A stretch of DNA of 64,000 nucleotides, taken from the NCBI GenBank assembly GCA_963812155.1, contig CAWETW010000003.1, positions 1,216,001 to 1,280,000 of the forward strand, read 5' to 3'. Within the stretch, counting starts at the first letter, position 1. Every line of letters starts with the position of its first letter. Below the pieces are notes generated by a model. The model saw only the letters and a program-made list of their open reading frames with translations. It had not been told where the DNA came from and did no database searches. This DNA is from Vulcanimicrobiota bacterium (GTDB taxonomy: Bacteria > Vulcanimicrobiota > Vulcanimicrobiia > Vulcanimicrobiales > Vulcanimicrobiaceae). Positions 39,806 through 51,829 of the stretch are shown here, in pieces. The translations under genes and the position numbers were made by a program.

Positions 39806-40668
39806 GTGCTCGCGCGGGCGCCCTGCTCGCGTCGGGGTCGGCGCTGCTCGCGTCCGTCAGCGAATCGCCCCACGCCGACGCCAGCCTGCTGCTCGCACAC
39901 GTGCTGGAGTGCGATCGCGCCTGGATCGTCGCGCACGGCGACGCGTCCCTCACGCCGGCTCAATGCGCGCGATTTGAGGACCTGTGCGGCGTTCGCGCGA
40001 CCGGAATGCCGCTTGCATACGTCTTGGGGTCGGCCGGTTTCTACGGCCGTGAGTTCGCCGTCGACGCGCGCGTGCTCGTGCCGCGTCCCGAAACCGAACA
40101 CCTGGTGGAGGACGCGCTGGCGTTCGCCGCGCGCCGGTTTCCCGAGAACGGATCGATCGCGGCGCTGGACGTCGGCACCGGCTCCGGCGCCATCGCCATC
40201 ACGCTGGCCGCGGAGAACGCGCGCATCTCCGCCGATGCCACGGACGCGTCGGCCGACGCGCTCGCGGTCGCGCGCGCCAACGCGCTCGCGCACGGCGTTT
40301 CGGCGCGCTGCCGGTTTCATCTCGGCGAGTTTGCCGAACCGGTGGCAGGACGGCGGTTCGATCTGGTCGTCGCAAATCTGCCCTACGTTCCCAGCGGCGG
40401 CATACCGCCCGAGCCCGACCCGCTGTCGTTCGAGCCGCGCCTGGCGCTCGACGGGGGACGCGACGGTCTCGACCCGTATCGCGGGCTGATGCCCGCATTG
40501 CCGCTTCTGGTGGCCCCGGGCGGCCTGGTCTTGCTCGAGGCCTCCCCGGAACAGATGGCGGCGCTCGGCGACTCCGTCGCACGCGCGCTGCGCGACGCCC
40601 GCGTCGAGGTGGCGCGCGATTACGCCGGCCGCGACCGCTATTTACGGGTCGCGACGGCGGCAGCGTAA
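39802..40668 (+). CDS. prmC: release factor glutamine methyltransferase
   Basis: ATGA overlap; [41 protein letters not shown]. Confidence 0.95.
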   Translation: MSARAGALLASGSALLASVSESPHADASLLLAHVLECDRAWIVAHGDASLTPAQCARFEDLCGVRATGMPLAYVLGSAGFYGREFAVDARVLVPRPETEHLVEDALAFAARRFPENGSIAALDVGTGSGAIAITLAAENARISADATDASADALAVARANALAHGVSARCRFHLGEFAEPVAGRRFDLVVANLPYVPSGGIPPEPDPLSFEPRLALDGGRDGLDPYRGLMPALPLLVAPGGLVLLEASPEQMAALGDSVARALRDARVEVARDYAGRDRYLRVATAAA

Positions 40669-42393
<1,725 letters not shown>

Positions 42394-42404
42394 GGAACCT
42401 AACG

Positions 42405-43163
42405 CTGGACCCCACGGCAATTACGGCCGTCATCCTGACGCGCGACGAAGAACGCAATCTTCCGCGTGCGCTTACGAGCCTGCCGCGTACGATGCCCGTG
42501 CTGGTGCTCGATGCGTGCTCCCGCGACCACACGGTGCAGTTCGCGCGCGGAGCCGGAGCCGAGGTCGTGCAGCGCGAGTGGACCGACTTTGTGGATGCGC
42601 GGCGTTTCGCGCTGTCGCAGGTTCGCACGCCGTGGGCGTTGATGGTCGACGCCGACGAGGCGCTCGACGACGTGCTCCTGGATGCGATCGCCGATTGCTC
42701 CGGCGATGCCGACGCCTACGTTGTGAAGCGCACGACCTACTTTGCCGGGCGGCCGATGCGGATATGGCGCAACGAGCCGCTCGTGCGTCTGTTTCGCGTG
42801 GGTCGCGCGACGCTCGAGGCGCACCCGGCCGCCGGCGGCCGGGCGGCGCTGCACGAACGCTGGACGTCGCCGGGAATTACCGGCGCCCTCGCCGGTACGC
42901 TGCTCCATTTTTCGTATCAAGACTATACGTCGTACCGGGTGAAGTACGAGGCCTACACGACCGCCGAAGCGCACGGCCTACGCGGATCGGCGGCCGGATT
43001 CGCACGCGCGTGGGTGGCGGGCGTGCTGAGGTTCTGGTGGCTGCTCCTCGCCAAAGCGTCGCTGCTGGACGGCATTCGCGGCGTGTACGTCGCGTACAAA
43101 TCGGCGATGTATCCCGCCGTGGTGGCGCGTAAAGCGCTCGCCGGTTCGGAAACGCCGGATTGA
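42405..43163 (+). CDS. GT2 glycosyltransferase (KdtX/WaaE-like); probable non-canonical start
   Basis: ITAVILTRDEERNL lies upstream of first ATG (42492); D..SRDHT, VDADE, RLFR, LHE, LLHF. Confidence 0.88.
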   Translation: MDPTAITAVILTRDEERNLPRALTSLPRTMPVLVLDACSRDHTVQFARGAGAEVVQREWTDFVDARRFALSQVRTPWALMVDADEALDDVLLDAIADCSGDADAYVVKRTTYFAGRPMRIWRNEPLVRLFRVGRATLEAHPAAGGRAALHERWTSPGITGALAGTLLHFSYQDYTSYRVKYEAYTTAEAHGLRGSAAGFARAWVAGVLRFWWLLLAKASLLDGIRGVYVAYKSAMYPAVVARKALAGSETPD

Positions 43164-44170
43164 CGGCGCGCATCGGCTTGGACGCGCGTTCGACCGATCA
43201 GATGTCAGCCGGCATGAAAGCCTACGCGCGCGAGTTGGCCGGCCGTTTGCCGGATGTGGCGCCGGAGTTCGCGTTCGTGCGGTTCACGCAAGGTCGCAAC
43301 TTTGGCTGGGAAGAGCAAGTCGCGCTGCCGCTGGCGATGCGGCGGGCGCGTCTCGACTTGGTGCATTTCCTCTCGCTGTACGTTCCGTGGGTTGCTCCGG
43401 CACCGTCGGTCATCACGATCCACGATCTCATTCACTTGCGCTTTCCAGAACAGTTCAAGACGAAAGTCGGGCCGTACTACCGCACGGTCGTGCGCCGCGC
43501 GTGCGCGCGCGCGAAGCGCGTCATTACCGATGACGAACGTACGGTCGCCGATCTCGAACGCTTCCTGCACGTCGATCGCGCCAAAGTGCGCGTCGTTCCG
43601 CTCGGCGTCGACGACCGCTTTCTGGAACCGGCCGCACCGCACGCCGGCGCGCGACCGTATCTGCTCTACGTCGGAAATCATCGCACCCATAAGGATTTGC
43701 CGACGCTGTTCGAGGCCTGGACGGCGCTCGCACGAGAGGCCGCGATCGATTTGTACCTTACGGGATCCGACGATTTCGGGGGAGAGCTGCAACGCCGCAG
43801 CACGCCGGATCGCGCGATCGTTGCACTCGGGGACGTTTCCATCGAACGCCTGGCTTCGTATTACGCGGGTGCTACGGCGTTGGTCGCACCAGCGTGGCGT
43901 GAGGGTTTCGGCCTGCCGATGCTCGAGGCGATGGCGATGGGCTGCCCGGTCGTCGCCTCCGCCGAAGCGGTGCCCCGTGTGCTTGCGCCTGCGGCGTGGG
44001 CGTTCGCGGCGGGGAATGCGGCGCAATTGAGTGCAACGCTGAAGGAATTGCTCGCCGACGAGGGCCGGCGCAACCGTTTCGTCAATCTAGGACGGGAGAT
44101 CGCGCGGTCACTGACGTGGGATCGTTGCGCGCGTACGACCGCCGGCGTCTATCGAGAGGTGTTGGAGTGA
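43160..44170 (+). CDS. GT4 glycosyltransferase
   Basis: ITIHDLI, LYVGN..HKD, EGFGLPMLEAMAMGCPVV, TWDRCA. Confidence 0.93.
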   Translation: MTARIGLDARSTDQMSAGMKAYARELAGRLPDVAPEFAFVRFTQGRNFGWEEQVALPLAMRRARLDLVHFLSLYVPWVAPAPSVITIHDLIHLRFPEQFKTKVGPYYRTVVRRACARAKRVITDDERTVADLERFLHVDRAKVRVVPLGVDDRFLEPAAPHAGARPYLLYVGNHRTHKDLPTLFEAWTALAREAAIDLYLTGSDDFGGELQRRSTPDRAIVALGDVSIERLASYYAGATALVAPAWREGFGLPMLEAMAMGCPVVASAEAVPRVLAPAAWAFAAGNAAQLSATLKELLADEGRRNRFVNLGREIARSLTWDRCARTTAGVYREVLE

Positions 44171-45675
44171 CGGGACCGTTGCGGGTCTTCGCAATCGCGC
44201 TCGTCGCGGCGAGTGCCCTGCCGGCGAGCGCTGCCGCGCCTTCGGCGGCGAAGCATCCGATCGCCATCGCAATCAACGGGAACGCGCTTCCCATCGATCC
44301 GCCGCCGCGCTTCGAGAAGAGCGTGCTGTTCGTGCCGGTGAAGCGTACGCTCGCGGCGATCGGGCTGCCGTTCGTGCGCACCGGAAAAATCGTGACGACG
44401 CAGGCCGGCTCCAAAATGATTTCGCTCGAGCTGGGCAGCCGCTATGCGAAAGTCGACGGAGCGCGCGTCGAACTCGACGCGCCGCCGTTCGAAGCGGCCG
44501 GGACGCTCTACGCTCCGCTTCGGTTTTTCACCGACGCATTGGGCGCGCAGACGAACTACGACCGCAAAACCCGCACCGTCACGATCGTCGCGCAGCTGAT
44601 CGGACGCAGCGAGTCGGGATTGGCGGCGACATCTTCGGGATACGTCAGGCTCGGCACCGTGGCCGCCGTTGACGTTCTCTCGAACCCGCCGACGCTGACG
44701 CTGGGCTACGACACCGGCCCGAAGACGGTTCCGATCGCGCCCAATGCGGCCGTCGACATGCAAGACGTCAATGCCGACGTCACGACGCCCGGAGAGCTGG
44801 GCGACGTTCGGCCGGGCGACTTCGCACGCCTCGAAATGCGCAAAGACGGTCGCGTCGAGCGGGTGGTCGACATGTTCGGGTCGCGCAACGGCCGCATCGT
44901 CGCGGTGGCCGGTAATCAGTTCGTGCTCGACGACGGCCAGGTCATTGCCGCCGGGCGCACGACCGAAGTCGCGTTGAACGGGAAGGCGGCGAGTTTCTCC
45001 GACCTGCGTGCGGGCGACACCGTTACCGTGCGATACAACGTCGAAAGCAACGAAGTGCGCGAGGTGCTGGCCGGCCGTGCCGTCGCAGCCGTGCCGGGCG
45101 CAGCCGGCGTGACGGTCACGACCGATGTCACGCGTCCGTTGCGCGCCGGTGAAACCGTCGCCGTACGACTGCACGGACCGGCCAACGGCGCCGCCACGTT
45201 CGACATCGGTTCGTACGTGACGAATCAAGCGATGCACGAAACGGCCGCGGGCGACTACGCCGGAAGCTACAGGATTCCGCAAGGAGCGAACTTCGCGCAA
45301 GCGCCGGTGATCGGCAGGCTCGCAGATCGCAACGCAACGACGCTCGCAGCACAGGCTCCCCAGCTGCTCTCCGCTTCGAGCGTTCCGCCGGGCGTCGTCG
45401 ATTTTGCGCCCGACGGCGGGGCGACCGTCAACAACGACCGTCCGGCCGTGTACGCGACGTTTGCCGCGGACGCCGTGCCGGTCAATCCGTCGAGCGCCAC
45501 GATTTCGATCAACGGCCACGACGTGACCTCAGACTCGGTGCGCACGCCGCAGTTTATCCAGTACGTTCCCGCCTATCCGTATCCGGACGGGCAAGTCCAC
45601 GTGACCGTGCGCGTCGCCGACCAAGCCGGAAACGCCACGACGAAATCGTGGACGTTTACGATTCGGACGCATTGA
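44167..45675 (+). CDS. secreted copper amine oxidase N-terminal domain protein with OB/Ig-like C-terminal domains
   Basis: Signal peptide, LFVPVK, LYAPLRFFTDALGA, C-terminal VADQAGNATTKSWTF. Confidence 0.8.
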   Translation: MTGPLRVFAIALVAASALPASAAAPSAAKHPIAIAINGNALPIDPPPRFEKSVLFVPVKRTLAAIGLPFVRTGKIVTTQAGSKMISLELGSRYAKVDGARVELDAPPFEAAGTLYAPLRFFTDALGAQTNYDRKTRTVTIVAQLIGRSESGLAATSSGYVRLGTVAAVDVLSNPPTLTLGYDTGPKTVPIAPNAAVDMQDVNADVTTPGELGDVRPGDFARLEMRKDGRVERVVDMFGSRNGRIVAVAGNQFVLDDGQVIAAGRTTEVALNGKAASFSDLRAGDTVTVRYNVESNEVREVLAGRAVAAVPGAAGVTVTTDVTRPLRAGETVAVRLHGPANGAATFDIGSYVTNQAMHETAAGDYAGSYRIPQGANFAQAPVIGRLADRNATTLAAQAPQLLSASSVPPGVVDFAPDGGATVNNDRPAVYATFAADAVPVNPSSATISINGHDVTSDSVRTPQFIQYVPAYPYPDGQVHVTVRVADQAGNATTKSWTFTIRTH

Positions 45676-45678
45676 GCG

Positions 45679-46038
45679 ATGACGGCGCGACCGGATTCAA
45701 ACTGCATTTTTTGTAAGATCGTGGCCGGGGAAGTCTCGTCGGCGATTCTGTATCGCGACGACCGCGTCGTCGCGATCGCCGACCGGAACCCGCAAGCGCC
45801 GGTGCATCTGCTCGTGCTGCCGGTCGAACACTACACCGACCTCGGGGCCGTTACGGCGGCCGGCCGCGACGACGTCGTCGCCGCGTTGATGCGCGTCGCG
45901 GCATCGCTGGGAACCGAACGTGGAGGCCCGGGGGGATTCCGCTTGGTCGTCAATACGGGCGCGGACGGCGGACAGACCGTCGGGCACGCGCACGTTCACG
46001 TGCTGGCCGGAAGGGCGATGCACTGGCCGCCGGGCTAG
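45679..46038 (+). CDS. HIT-family nucleotide-binding protein
   Basis: CIFCKI, PQAPVHLL, GGQTVGHAHVHVL, WPPG. Confidence 0.95.
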   Translation: MTARPDSNCIFCKIVAGEVSSAILYRDDRVVAIADRNPQAPVHLLVLPVEHYTDLGAVTAAGRDDVVAALMRVAASLGTERGGPGGFRLVVNTGADGGQTVGHAHVHVLAGRAMHWPPG

Positions 46039-46040
46039 AT

Positions 46041-46069
46041 TTGACGCTCGTTCGGCCCTGTGCTAGGGT
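46041..46069 (+). promoter_or_regulatory. sigma70-type promoter upstream of rpsU
   Basis: TTGACG-N17-TAGGGT with extended TG. Confidence 0.55.
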
Positions 46070-46148
46070 AAAGCGTTGACCCGGGACCGGGTCAAAATTT
46101 TTTCGTGCGCCCGCACAGGGCCACGCCGAAAGGGGGGTCGTTTATCAG

Positions 46149-46319
46149 ATGGAAGTTCGCGTAGCTCCGGGCGAATCGATCGAGAGCGCGCTGCGCCGCT
46201 TTAAAAAGGCCACCCAAAAGGCGGGCATTCTCGCCGAGGCGCGCAAGCACGAACACTACGAGAAACCCAGCGTGCGCCGGAAGAAAAAGTCGGCCGCGGC
46301 ACGCAAGCGCCGGACGTAG
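46149..46319 (+). CDS. rpsU: 30S ribosomal protein S21 (below ORF-track length cutoff)
   Basis: [56 protein letters not shown]. Confidence 0.97.
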   Translation: MEVRVAPGESIESALRRFKKATQKAGILAEARKHEHYEKPSVRRKKKSAAARKRRT

Positions 46320-46337
46320 GCGCCGCACTAGCGCTAA

Positions 46338-46796
46338 ATGGGCATTCTCAAGGACCGCATCGGCAACGATCTGAAAGCGGCGATGAAGGCGCGCGACCAA
46401 CTGCGCCTCGATACGCTGCGCTCGGCCCTTTCGGCGTTTACCTATAAGCGCTCCGAAGCGGGGCAAGATCTTTCGGACGCCGACGAAATCGATGCGGTCG
46501 CGCGGCTGGTCAAGCAGCGCGGCGATTCGCTATCGGAGTTCGAGCGTGCCGGGCGCCAGGATTTGGCCGAGAAGGAGCGAGCCGAACGCGAGATTCTTCT
46601 GGCCTACTTACCGCAGCAAAAATCGGCCGCGGAGATTCGCGAGATGGTTCAGAGCGCGATTTCGCAAATCGCGCTCGAGTCGCGCAATCAAGGCGCCCTC
46701 ATGAAGATCCTCATGCCGGCGCTCAAGGGCTTGGCCGACGGCAACCTCGTCCGCCAAATCGTCACCGAAGAGTTAGGTTCGCCCGCCCCCCGTTAG
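46338..46796 (+). CDS. yqeY: GatB/YqeY domain protein
   Basis: DLKAAMKARD, KQRGDS..F..AGRQDLAEKE, YLPQQ; follows rpsU. Confidence 0.92.
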   Translation: MGILKDRIGNDLKAAMKARDQLRLDTLRSALSAFTYKRSEAGQDLSDADEIDAVARLVKQRGDSLSEFERAGRQDLAEKERAEREILLAYLPQQKSAAEIREMVQSAISQIALESRNQGALMKILMPALKGLADGNLVRQIVTEELGSPAPR

Positions 46797-46831
46797 CGTA
46801 ACCATCCGGCGCCGCGCAGGTAGGTAGCGGT

Positions 46832-48142
46832 ATGAAGGTTCAGCTCCTGCGACGCTGGCTCGCGTACGGTCTCTTGACGTGGGGCGTTTTCGGCATCGCC
46901 GCCGCGGCGGCTTCGATGCGGCCGGTCGTCGTGATTCCCATCGAAGGCACCGTCGACGACGGCATGGCGCACCTCGTGGAACGTTCGGTCGAGCTCGCCA
47001 ATCGCGAAAACGCCGCCGCAATCGTCCTCGACGTCAACAGTCCCGGGGGATTGGTCGAAGCCGCATTCGCCATTCGCGATGCACTCTTCTCGGCGAAGGA
47101 ACCGGTCGTCGCCTACGTCGGGCGCCGCGCCTACTCCGCCGCCGCACTGATCACGCTCGCGTCCAACCGCATCGTCATGGGACCGGGCGCCTCGATCGGC
47201 GCAGCCGAGCCGATTCCTACGACGGTGAAGACGGTGTCGGCGCTGCGCGGCGAGTTCGAATCGACGGCGTTGCGCAATCACCGATCGGCCGCGGTGGCGG
47301 GCGCGATGGTCGACAAAAACGTTGACTTGCCACAGTACAAGCGGAGCGGCGCGATTCTCACCCTGAATACCGACGACGCGGTGCGCGCGCACGTCGCCGA
47401 TGCGACCGCGCCGACCCTCGATGCGGCGCTGGCGCAAGAAGGCCTTGCGGCCAACCCGCGCACGTCGCAGGCATACTCGTGGGGCGAGGAAATCGCCCGC
47501 TTTGCGACCAGTCCACAAGTCAGCGCGCTGCTGCTCTCGCTCGGCATGCTCGGACTGCTGATCGAGATGCAGACCCTTCACGGCATCGCAGGAGCGATCG
47601 GCGTCGGCGCGCTAGCATTGTTTTTCGGCACGCACGTCTACGCCGGATTCTCCAACGGCGTCGTGCTCGTGCTGGCCATCGTCGGCATCCTCGGCATTCT
47701 CTGGGAGCTGCACGTCGTTCCGGGCCATGGGTTACCGGGCGTTCTCGGTGCGATCTGTTTGCTGCTGGCGATCCTGTTTGCGTTCGGCCTGCCGTTTTTC
47801 TTCGTCGCCATCGAGACGCTCGCGACGGCCATCGTGCTCACGGTAATCTGCTTTACGTTAGTGGTTCGCGCCATGCCGGAGAATGCGTGGGCCCACCGGC
47901 TGGCGCTGGGCGCGGCGCAGGGTCCGGACTACGTCGCCAGCGGAGACTTGACGTCGTTTCTCGGACGATCCGGCACGGCGGCGTCGTTCTTGCGCCCGGC
48001 GGGCATCGCGGCCATCGACGGACGGCGCGTCGACGTGCTGACGGAGGGCGAGTTCATCGCCCAGGGAACACCGGTTCGCGTCGTCCGCGTCGAGGGCGCG
48101 CGCGTCTTCGTCGAATCCGTTACTCTCCCGAGTTATCAGTGA
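46832..48142 (+). CDS. nfeD: NfeD-family membrane-bound ClpP-class protease
   Basis: [25 protein letters not shown] bundle, C-terminal OB fold LRPAG. Confidence 0.9.
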   Translation: MKVQLLRRWLAYGLLTWGVFGIAAAAASMRPVVVIPIEGTVDDGMAHLVERSVELANRENAAAIVLDVNSPGGLVEAAFAIRDALFSAKEPVVAYVGRRAYSAAALITLASNRIVMGPGASIGAAEPIPTTVKTVSALRGEFESTALRNHRSAAVAGAMVDKNVDLPQYKRSGAILTLNTDDAVRAHVADATAPTLDAALAQEGLAANPRTSQAYSWGEEIARFATSPQVSALLLSLGMLGLLIEMQTLHGIAGAIGVGALALFFGTHVYAGFSNGVVLVLAIVGILGILWELHVVPGHGLPGVLGAICLLLAILFAFGLPFFFVAIETLATAIVLTVICFTLVVRAMPENAWAHRLALGAAQGPDYVASGDLTSFLGRSGTAASFLRPAGIAAIDGRRVDVLTEGEFIAQGTPVRVVRVEGARVFVESVTLPSYQ

Positions 48143-48149
48143 GGTAGTT

Positions 48150-49160
48150 TTGGTGGCTGTAGTCAGTGCGGCGATCATCATCGTCGTCGCGGTCGTTCTG
48201 TTCTTCACGTTCATGTACTACTTTCCGGTGGGGCTGTGGATCCGCACGATTGCGGCAGGCGTCCCGCTCGGAATCATCGCCCTGGTGCGGATGCGGCTCA
48301 TCGGGATTCCGCCGAGCGTCATCGTCACCAACTACGTGCGCGCGCGCAAAGCCGGCTTAGACCTCACGGTCGATCAAATGCAGTCGCACTACCTCGCCGG
48401 CGGCAACGTAGAGAACGTCACGCTTGCGATGATCGCGGCGCAGCGCGCGCAAATTCCGCTCGTGTGGCAACGCGCGGCGGCAATCGATCTTGCCGGCCGT
48501 AACGTGCTCGAGGCATTGCAGACATCGGTCAATCCGAAGGTCATCGAAACGCCAATCTTCCAAGGCGTCGCACAAAACGGCATCCAGCTGAACGTCAAAG
48601 CCCGGATCACGGTGCGCAGCGATCTCGACCGCTACGTCGGCGGCGCCGGCGAGCCGACGATCGTGGCGCGCGTCGGTGAAGGCGTGGTCTCGGCCGTCGG
48701 CGCGGCCATCGACCATAAGGAAGTCTTAGAGTATCCCGATCGCATCAGCAAGGCGGTGCTCGCCAAAGGGCTAGATGCGGGCACGGCGTTCGAGATCGTG
48801 TCTATCGACATCGCCGACGTGGACGTTGGAAAGAACATCGGCGCCGAACTGCAAACCAGTCAGGCCGAAGCCGACCGCCGCATCGCGCAGGCCAAGGCGG
48901 CAGAACGGCAATACGCGGCACTCGCGGCGGAGCAAGAACAGAAGGCCGAAACGCAGGCGATGCGCGCGAAAGTCGTAGAAGCCGAGGCCTCGATCCCGCA
49001 AGCAATCGCCGAAGCGTTTCGCAGCGGTCACTTAGGCGTCATGGACTACTACCGCCTGAGGAACATTCAAGCCGACACCGAGATGCGCTCGTCGATCGGA
49101 GGAAGCGCCGAAGGCCCGAACGACCAATCGCAGACGCCTCCACCGCCCGTCAAGCCGTAG
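48150..49160 (+). CDS. floA: flotillin-like protein FloA (YqfA)
   Basis: [62 protein letters not shown]. Confidence 0.95.
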   Translation: MVAVVSAAIIIVVAVVLFFTFMYYFPVGLWIRTIAAGVPLGIIALVRMRLIGIPPSVIVTNYVRARKAGLDLTVDQMQSHYLAGGNVENVTLAMIAAQRAQIPLVWQRAAAIDLAGRNVLEALQTSVNPKVIETPIFQGVAQNGIQLNVKARITVRSDLDRYVGGAGEPTIVARVGEGVVSAVGAAIDHKEVLEYPDRISKAVLAKGLDAGTAFEIVSIDIADVDVGKNIGAELQTSQAEADRRIAQAKAAERQYAALAAEQEQKAETQAMRAKVVEAEASIPQAIAEAFRSGHLGVMDYYRLRNIQADTEMRSSIGGSAEGPNDQSQTPPPPVKP

Positions 49161-49175
49161 ACTCTTAGGGGCAGC

Positions 49176-49580
49176 GTGCACGACGTCGGTACGTTCGTTT
49201 GGGTGGTGCTGGTGGTGATCGGCGTCGTTTCGAGCATCGTCTCGAACGCGCGAAAGCGCGTCGGCCCCCCAGCGGGCCCGGCGGCGTCGCAGGGAACCCC
49301 GCCGTACGTGGTCTCGCCGCAGGCAATGCCGCCGCAGCGAATGCCGCCCGGCGCGCCGCCGCCCGCGGTTGGCGCGGCGCCGCCGGCCGCACCCCGGCGG
49401 GTCGTTCCCGCCCGACCGCCGTCACCGCCGGCCCCGCCGCCGGCCGCCGACCACACCTTGGACGTGTTCCGGCCGGCACACCGGCGCGGTCCGCGCGTCT
49501 TTGGGGGCCGCGGCGCCCTGGTGCGCGCTGTGATCGGCGCCGAGGTGCTAGGCAAGCCGGTGGCCCTGCGCGACGAGTAG
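49176..49580 (+). CDS. Pro-rich membrane-anchored protein (YqfB-like position)
   Basis: N-terminal TM, Pro-rich linker, C-terminal AVIGAEVLGKPVALR. Confidence 0.75.
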   Translation: MHDVGTFVWVVLVVIGVVSSIVSNARKRVGPPAGPAASQGTPPYVVSPQAMPPQRMPPGAPPPAVGAAPPAAPRRVVPARPPSPPAPPPAADHTLDVFRPAHRRGPRVFGGRGALVRAVIGAEVLGKPVALRDE

Positions 49581-49641
49581 GGAAGGCTCTTCGGCCGCCG
49601 CGAGGTACGGGCGCCGTCTCAGCGAGAATCCTGCGGAGGCA

Positions 49642-50589
49642 TTGAGCGGGCCACAGGAACGGGCGGTCGACCTTCACGCGCTGGGCGAGCGCGTCCGCCT
49701 CTTCGGAGAGTACGACCGGAACCTGTCGGCGATCGAATCGCTGGGCGTGGCCGTTCGGGCCGACGGCGACCGGTTGTTGCTGAGCGGCGAGCCGGCTGCG
49801 GTCGACCGGGCCGAACGCGTCGTTCGCCGCATCCTCGACGCGGCCGTCGGCGGTGCCCACGTCACGCCCGACGACGTCGCGCTGGCGGCATCCGACGTGC
49901 GCGCTCAAAATGGAGCGCCGCTGCCCAAGACGCTGTTGCGAACGCAGCGCGGACGCGAAGTTCGTCCGCGTACGGCCGGACAGCGCGCTCTCGTGGAATC
50001 GATCGAACAGCACACGCTGACGATCGGCATCGGTCCGGCGGGAACCGGCAAGACCTATCTGGCTATCGCCATGGCAATTCGCGCGCTGAAAAACCGCGAG
50101 GTTGCGCGCGTCGTGCTCTCTCGGCCCGCCGTCGAAGCAGGCGAGAGCCTTGGTTTTCTACCCGGCGACGTGCGCGAGAAAGTGGATCCGTACATGCGGC
50201 CGCTCTTCGATGCGCTCAACGAGCTGCTCGACGACGGCGTCATGACGCGGTACGTGGATCGCGGTACGCTGGAGATCGCTCCGCTCGCGTACATGCGCGG
50301 CCGGACGCTCTCAGAGGCGTTCGCGATACTCGACGAAGCCCAAAACGCGACCGCGGACCAGCTGAAGATGTTCCTCACGCGGCTCGGACCGGCATCGAAG
50401 ATGGTCGTCATCGGCGACGAAACGCAGGTCGACTTGCCGATCGGCGGGCGCAGCGGATTGCGCGACGCTGCGACGCGCTTGCGGGGTGTCGATGCGGTCG
50501 GCGTCGTCGAGCTCGACGAGAGCGACGTCGTGCGGCATTCGCTGGTTGCGCGAATCATTCGCGCGTACGCGCGTGCCGCCGGAACGTGA
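49642..50589 (+). CDS. phoH: PhoH-family ATPase
   Basis: GPAGTGKTYLA, RPAVEAGESLGFLPGD, PLAYMRGRT, DEAQN, DVVRH. Confidence 0.95.
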   Translation: MSGPQERAVDLHALGERVRLFGEYDRNLSAIESLGVAVRADGDRLLLSGEPAAVDRAERVVRRILDAAVGGAHVTPDDVALAASDVRAQNGAPLPKTLLRTQRGREVRPRTAGQRALVESIEQHTLTIGIGPAGTGKTYLAIAMAIRALKNREVARVVLSRPAVEAGESLGFLPGDVREKVDPYMRPLFDALNELLDDGVMTRYVDRGTLEIAPLAYMRGRTLSEAFAILDEAQNATADQLKMFLTRLGPASKMVVIGDETQVDLPIGGRSGLRDAATRLRGVDAVGVVELDESDVVRHSLVARIIRAYARAAGT

Positions 50590-51038
50590 TCCACTATCGC
50601 AATGCGGCGCGCGCGAGAGACGTCGATTCGCGCGCGCTCGTCGCCGCAGCGAAACGATTGCTGGCCGCCGTCGATGAAGCGGATGCGGCGCTTTCGTTGA
50701 GCATCGTCAGCGACGCCGCCATGCGCGTCATCAACCGCGATCATCGCGGCAAGGACCGCACCACCGACGTGCTGAGTTTTGCGCTCGACGGGGAGACGCC
50801 GCGCGGCACGACGCGCCGGCAGAACCCGGAGCGCCTGCTCGGCGACGTGGTCATCTCGGTCGAAACCGCGCGGCGCCAAGCCGCCGATTACGACGCCACG
50901 CTGCAAGAGGAGCTCTACCGGTTGCTGATACACGGACTGCTGCACGTGCTCGGCCACGATCACATGCGACCGGACGAGCGACGGGTCATGCAGGGCGAAG
51001 AGCGGCGCCTCGCCGGCGCGCTGGGTCTGGAGACGTAA
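50586..51038 (+). CDS. ybeY: rRNA maturation RNase YbeY
   Basis: TDVLSF, LGDVVIS, HGLLHVLGHDH. Confidence 0.96.
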   Translation: MIHYRNAARARDVDSRALVAAAKRLLAAVDEADAALSLSIVSDAAMRVINRDHRGKDRTTDVLSFALDGETPRGTTRRQNPERLLGDVVISVETARRQAADYDATLQEELYRLLIHGLLHVLGHDHMRPDERRVMQGEERRLAGALGLET

Positions 51039-51043
51039 CGGTC

Positions 51044-51808
51044 GTGGCACGCCCAGCCGACGAACGCAGCAAGGAGGAGCCGCATTTCGCGCCGATCGCC
51101 GACAGCAAACTCTTACGTTCGTTCCACCACGCGTTCGAAGGAATCATGTATGCCACGCGCACCCAGCCGAACATGCGCGTGCACCTCGTCATCGCAGCGC
51201 TGGTCCTCGGCGCGACGCTGGTCCTGCGCTTGGAACGCTTCTATGTCGTGTCGACGGTGGTGCTGGTTGCGCTCGTCCTCAGCCTCGAGCTTCTGAACAC
51301 GGCCGTCGAAGCAATCGTGGATCTGCTCACCGTCGCGCATCATCCGTTGGCGAAGACCGCCAAGGATGCCGCGGCGGGGGCCGTGTTGATTGGCGCCGTC
51401 GGTGCTGCGATCGCCGGCTACTTGATCTTCTATCAGGGCATTATAAGCGGCGGCGAGCGCGTGTTCGCGGCGGTCCAGCAGGTGCCGGCGAATCTCGCGC
51501 TGATCACGCTGGCAATCGTCGCGATCGCCACGATCTTCGCCAAGGCGTGGGTCGGACGTGGATCGCCGCTGCAAGGCGGCGCGGTCTCCGGCCACGCGGC
51601 CGTTGCCTTCGCGGCGGCGACGATGCTCGCGTTTTTCTACCAAAAGCCGCTAGGCGCCATCTTGGCGTACATCGTCGCATTCCTGGTCGCCCAAAGCCGC
51701 GTCGAAGCGCGCATTCACAACGCCTTGGAGGTCTTCTGGGGAGCGGCGCTCGGCACGCTCGTCGCCCTCGCAATCTACGTCTTGGTGCGCCCCCACGTTG
51801 TGCTATAA
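51044..51808 (+). CDS. dgkA: diacylglycerol/undecaprenol kinase with C-terminal PAP2 domain
   Basis: SFHHAFEG, ELLNTAVEAIVD, AKDAAAGAV; PAP2 SGHAA, SRVEARIH. Confidence 0.9.
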   Translation: MARPADERSKEEPHFAPIADSKLLRSFHHAFEGIMYATRTQPNMRVHLVIAALVLGATLVLRLERFYVVSTVVLVALVLSLELLNTAVEAIVDLLTVAHHPLAKTAKDAAAGAVLIGAVGAAIAGYLIFYQGIISGGERVFAAVQQVPANLALITLAIVAIATIFAKAWVGRGSPLQGGAVSGHAAVAFAAATMLAFFYQKPLGAILAYIVAFLVAQSRVEARIHNALEVFWGAALGTLVALAIYVLVRPHVVL

Positions 51809-51809
51809 T
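51801..51809 (+). promoter_or_regulatory. extended -10 internal promoter upstream of hlyC/corC
   Basis: TGCTATAAT perfect extended -10, 20 nt before TTG start with SD GAGGA. Confidence 0.55.
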
Positions 51810-51829
51810 GGCGCCGATTTGAGGAAGCC

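Noticed and set aside
38737..40668. Apparent 643-aa PrfA-PrmC fusion (release factor fused to its own methyltransferase)
   Set aside because: Removing one base near 39767 gives a normal RF1 end (..[15 protein letters not shown]) whose TGA overlaps the prmC ATG (ATGA 39802-39805), the standard arrangement. No prfB-like CTT-TGA slippery site is present and the contig has other single-base indels; most likely an assembly error (verify with reads).
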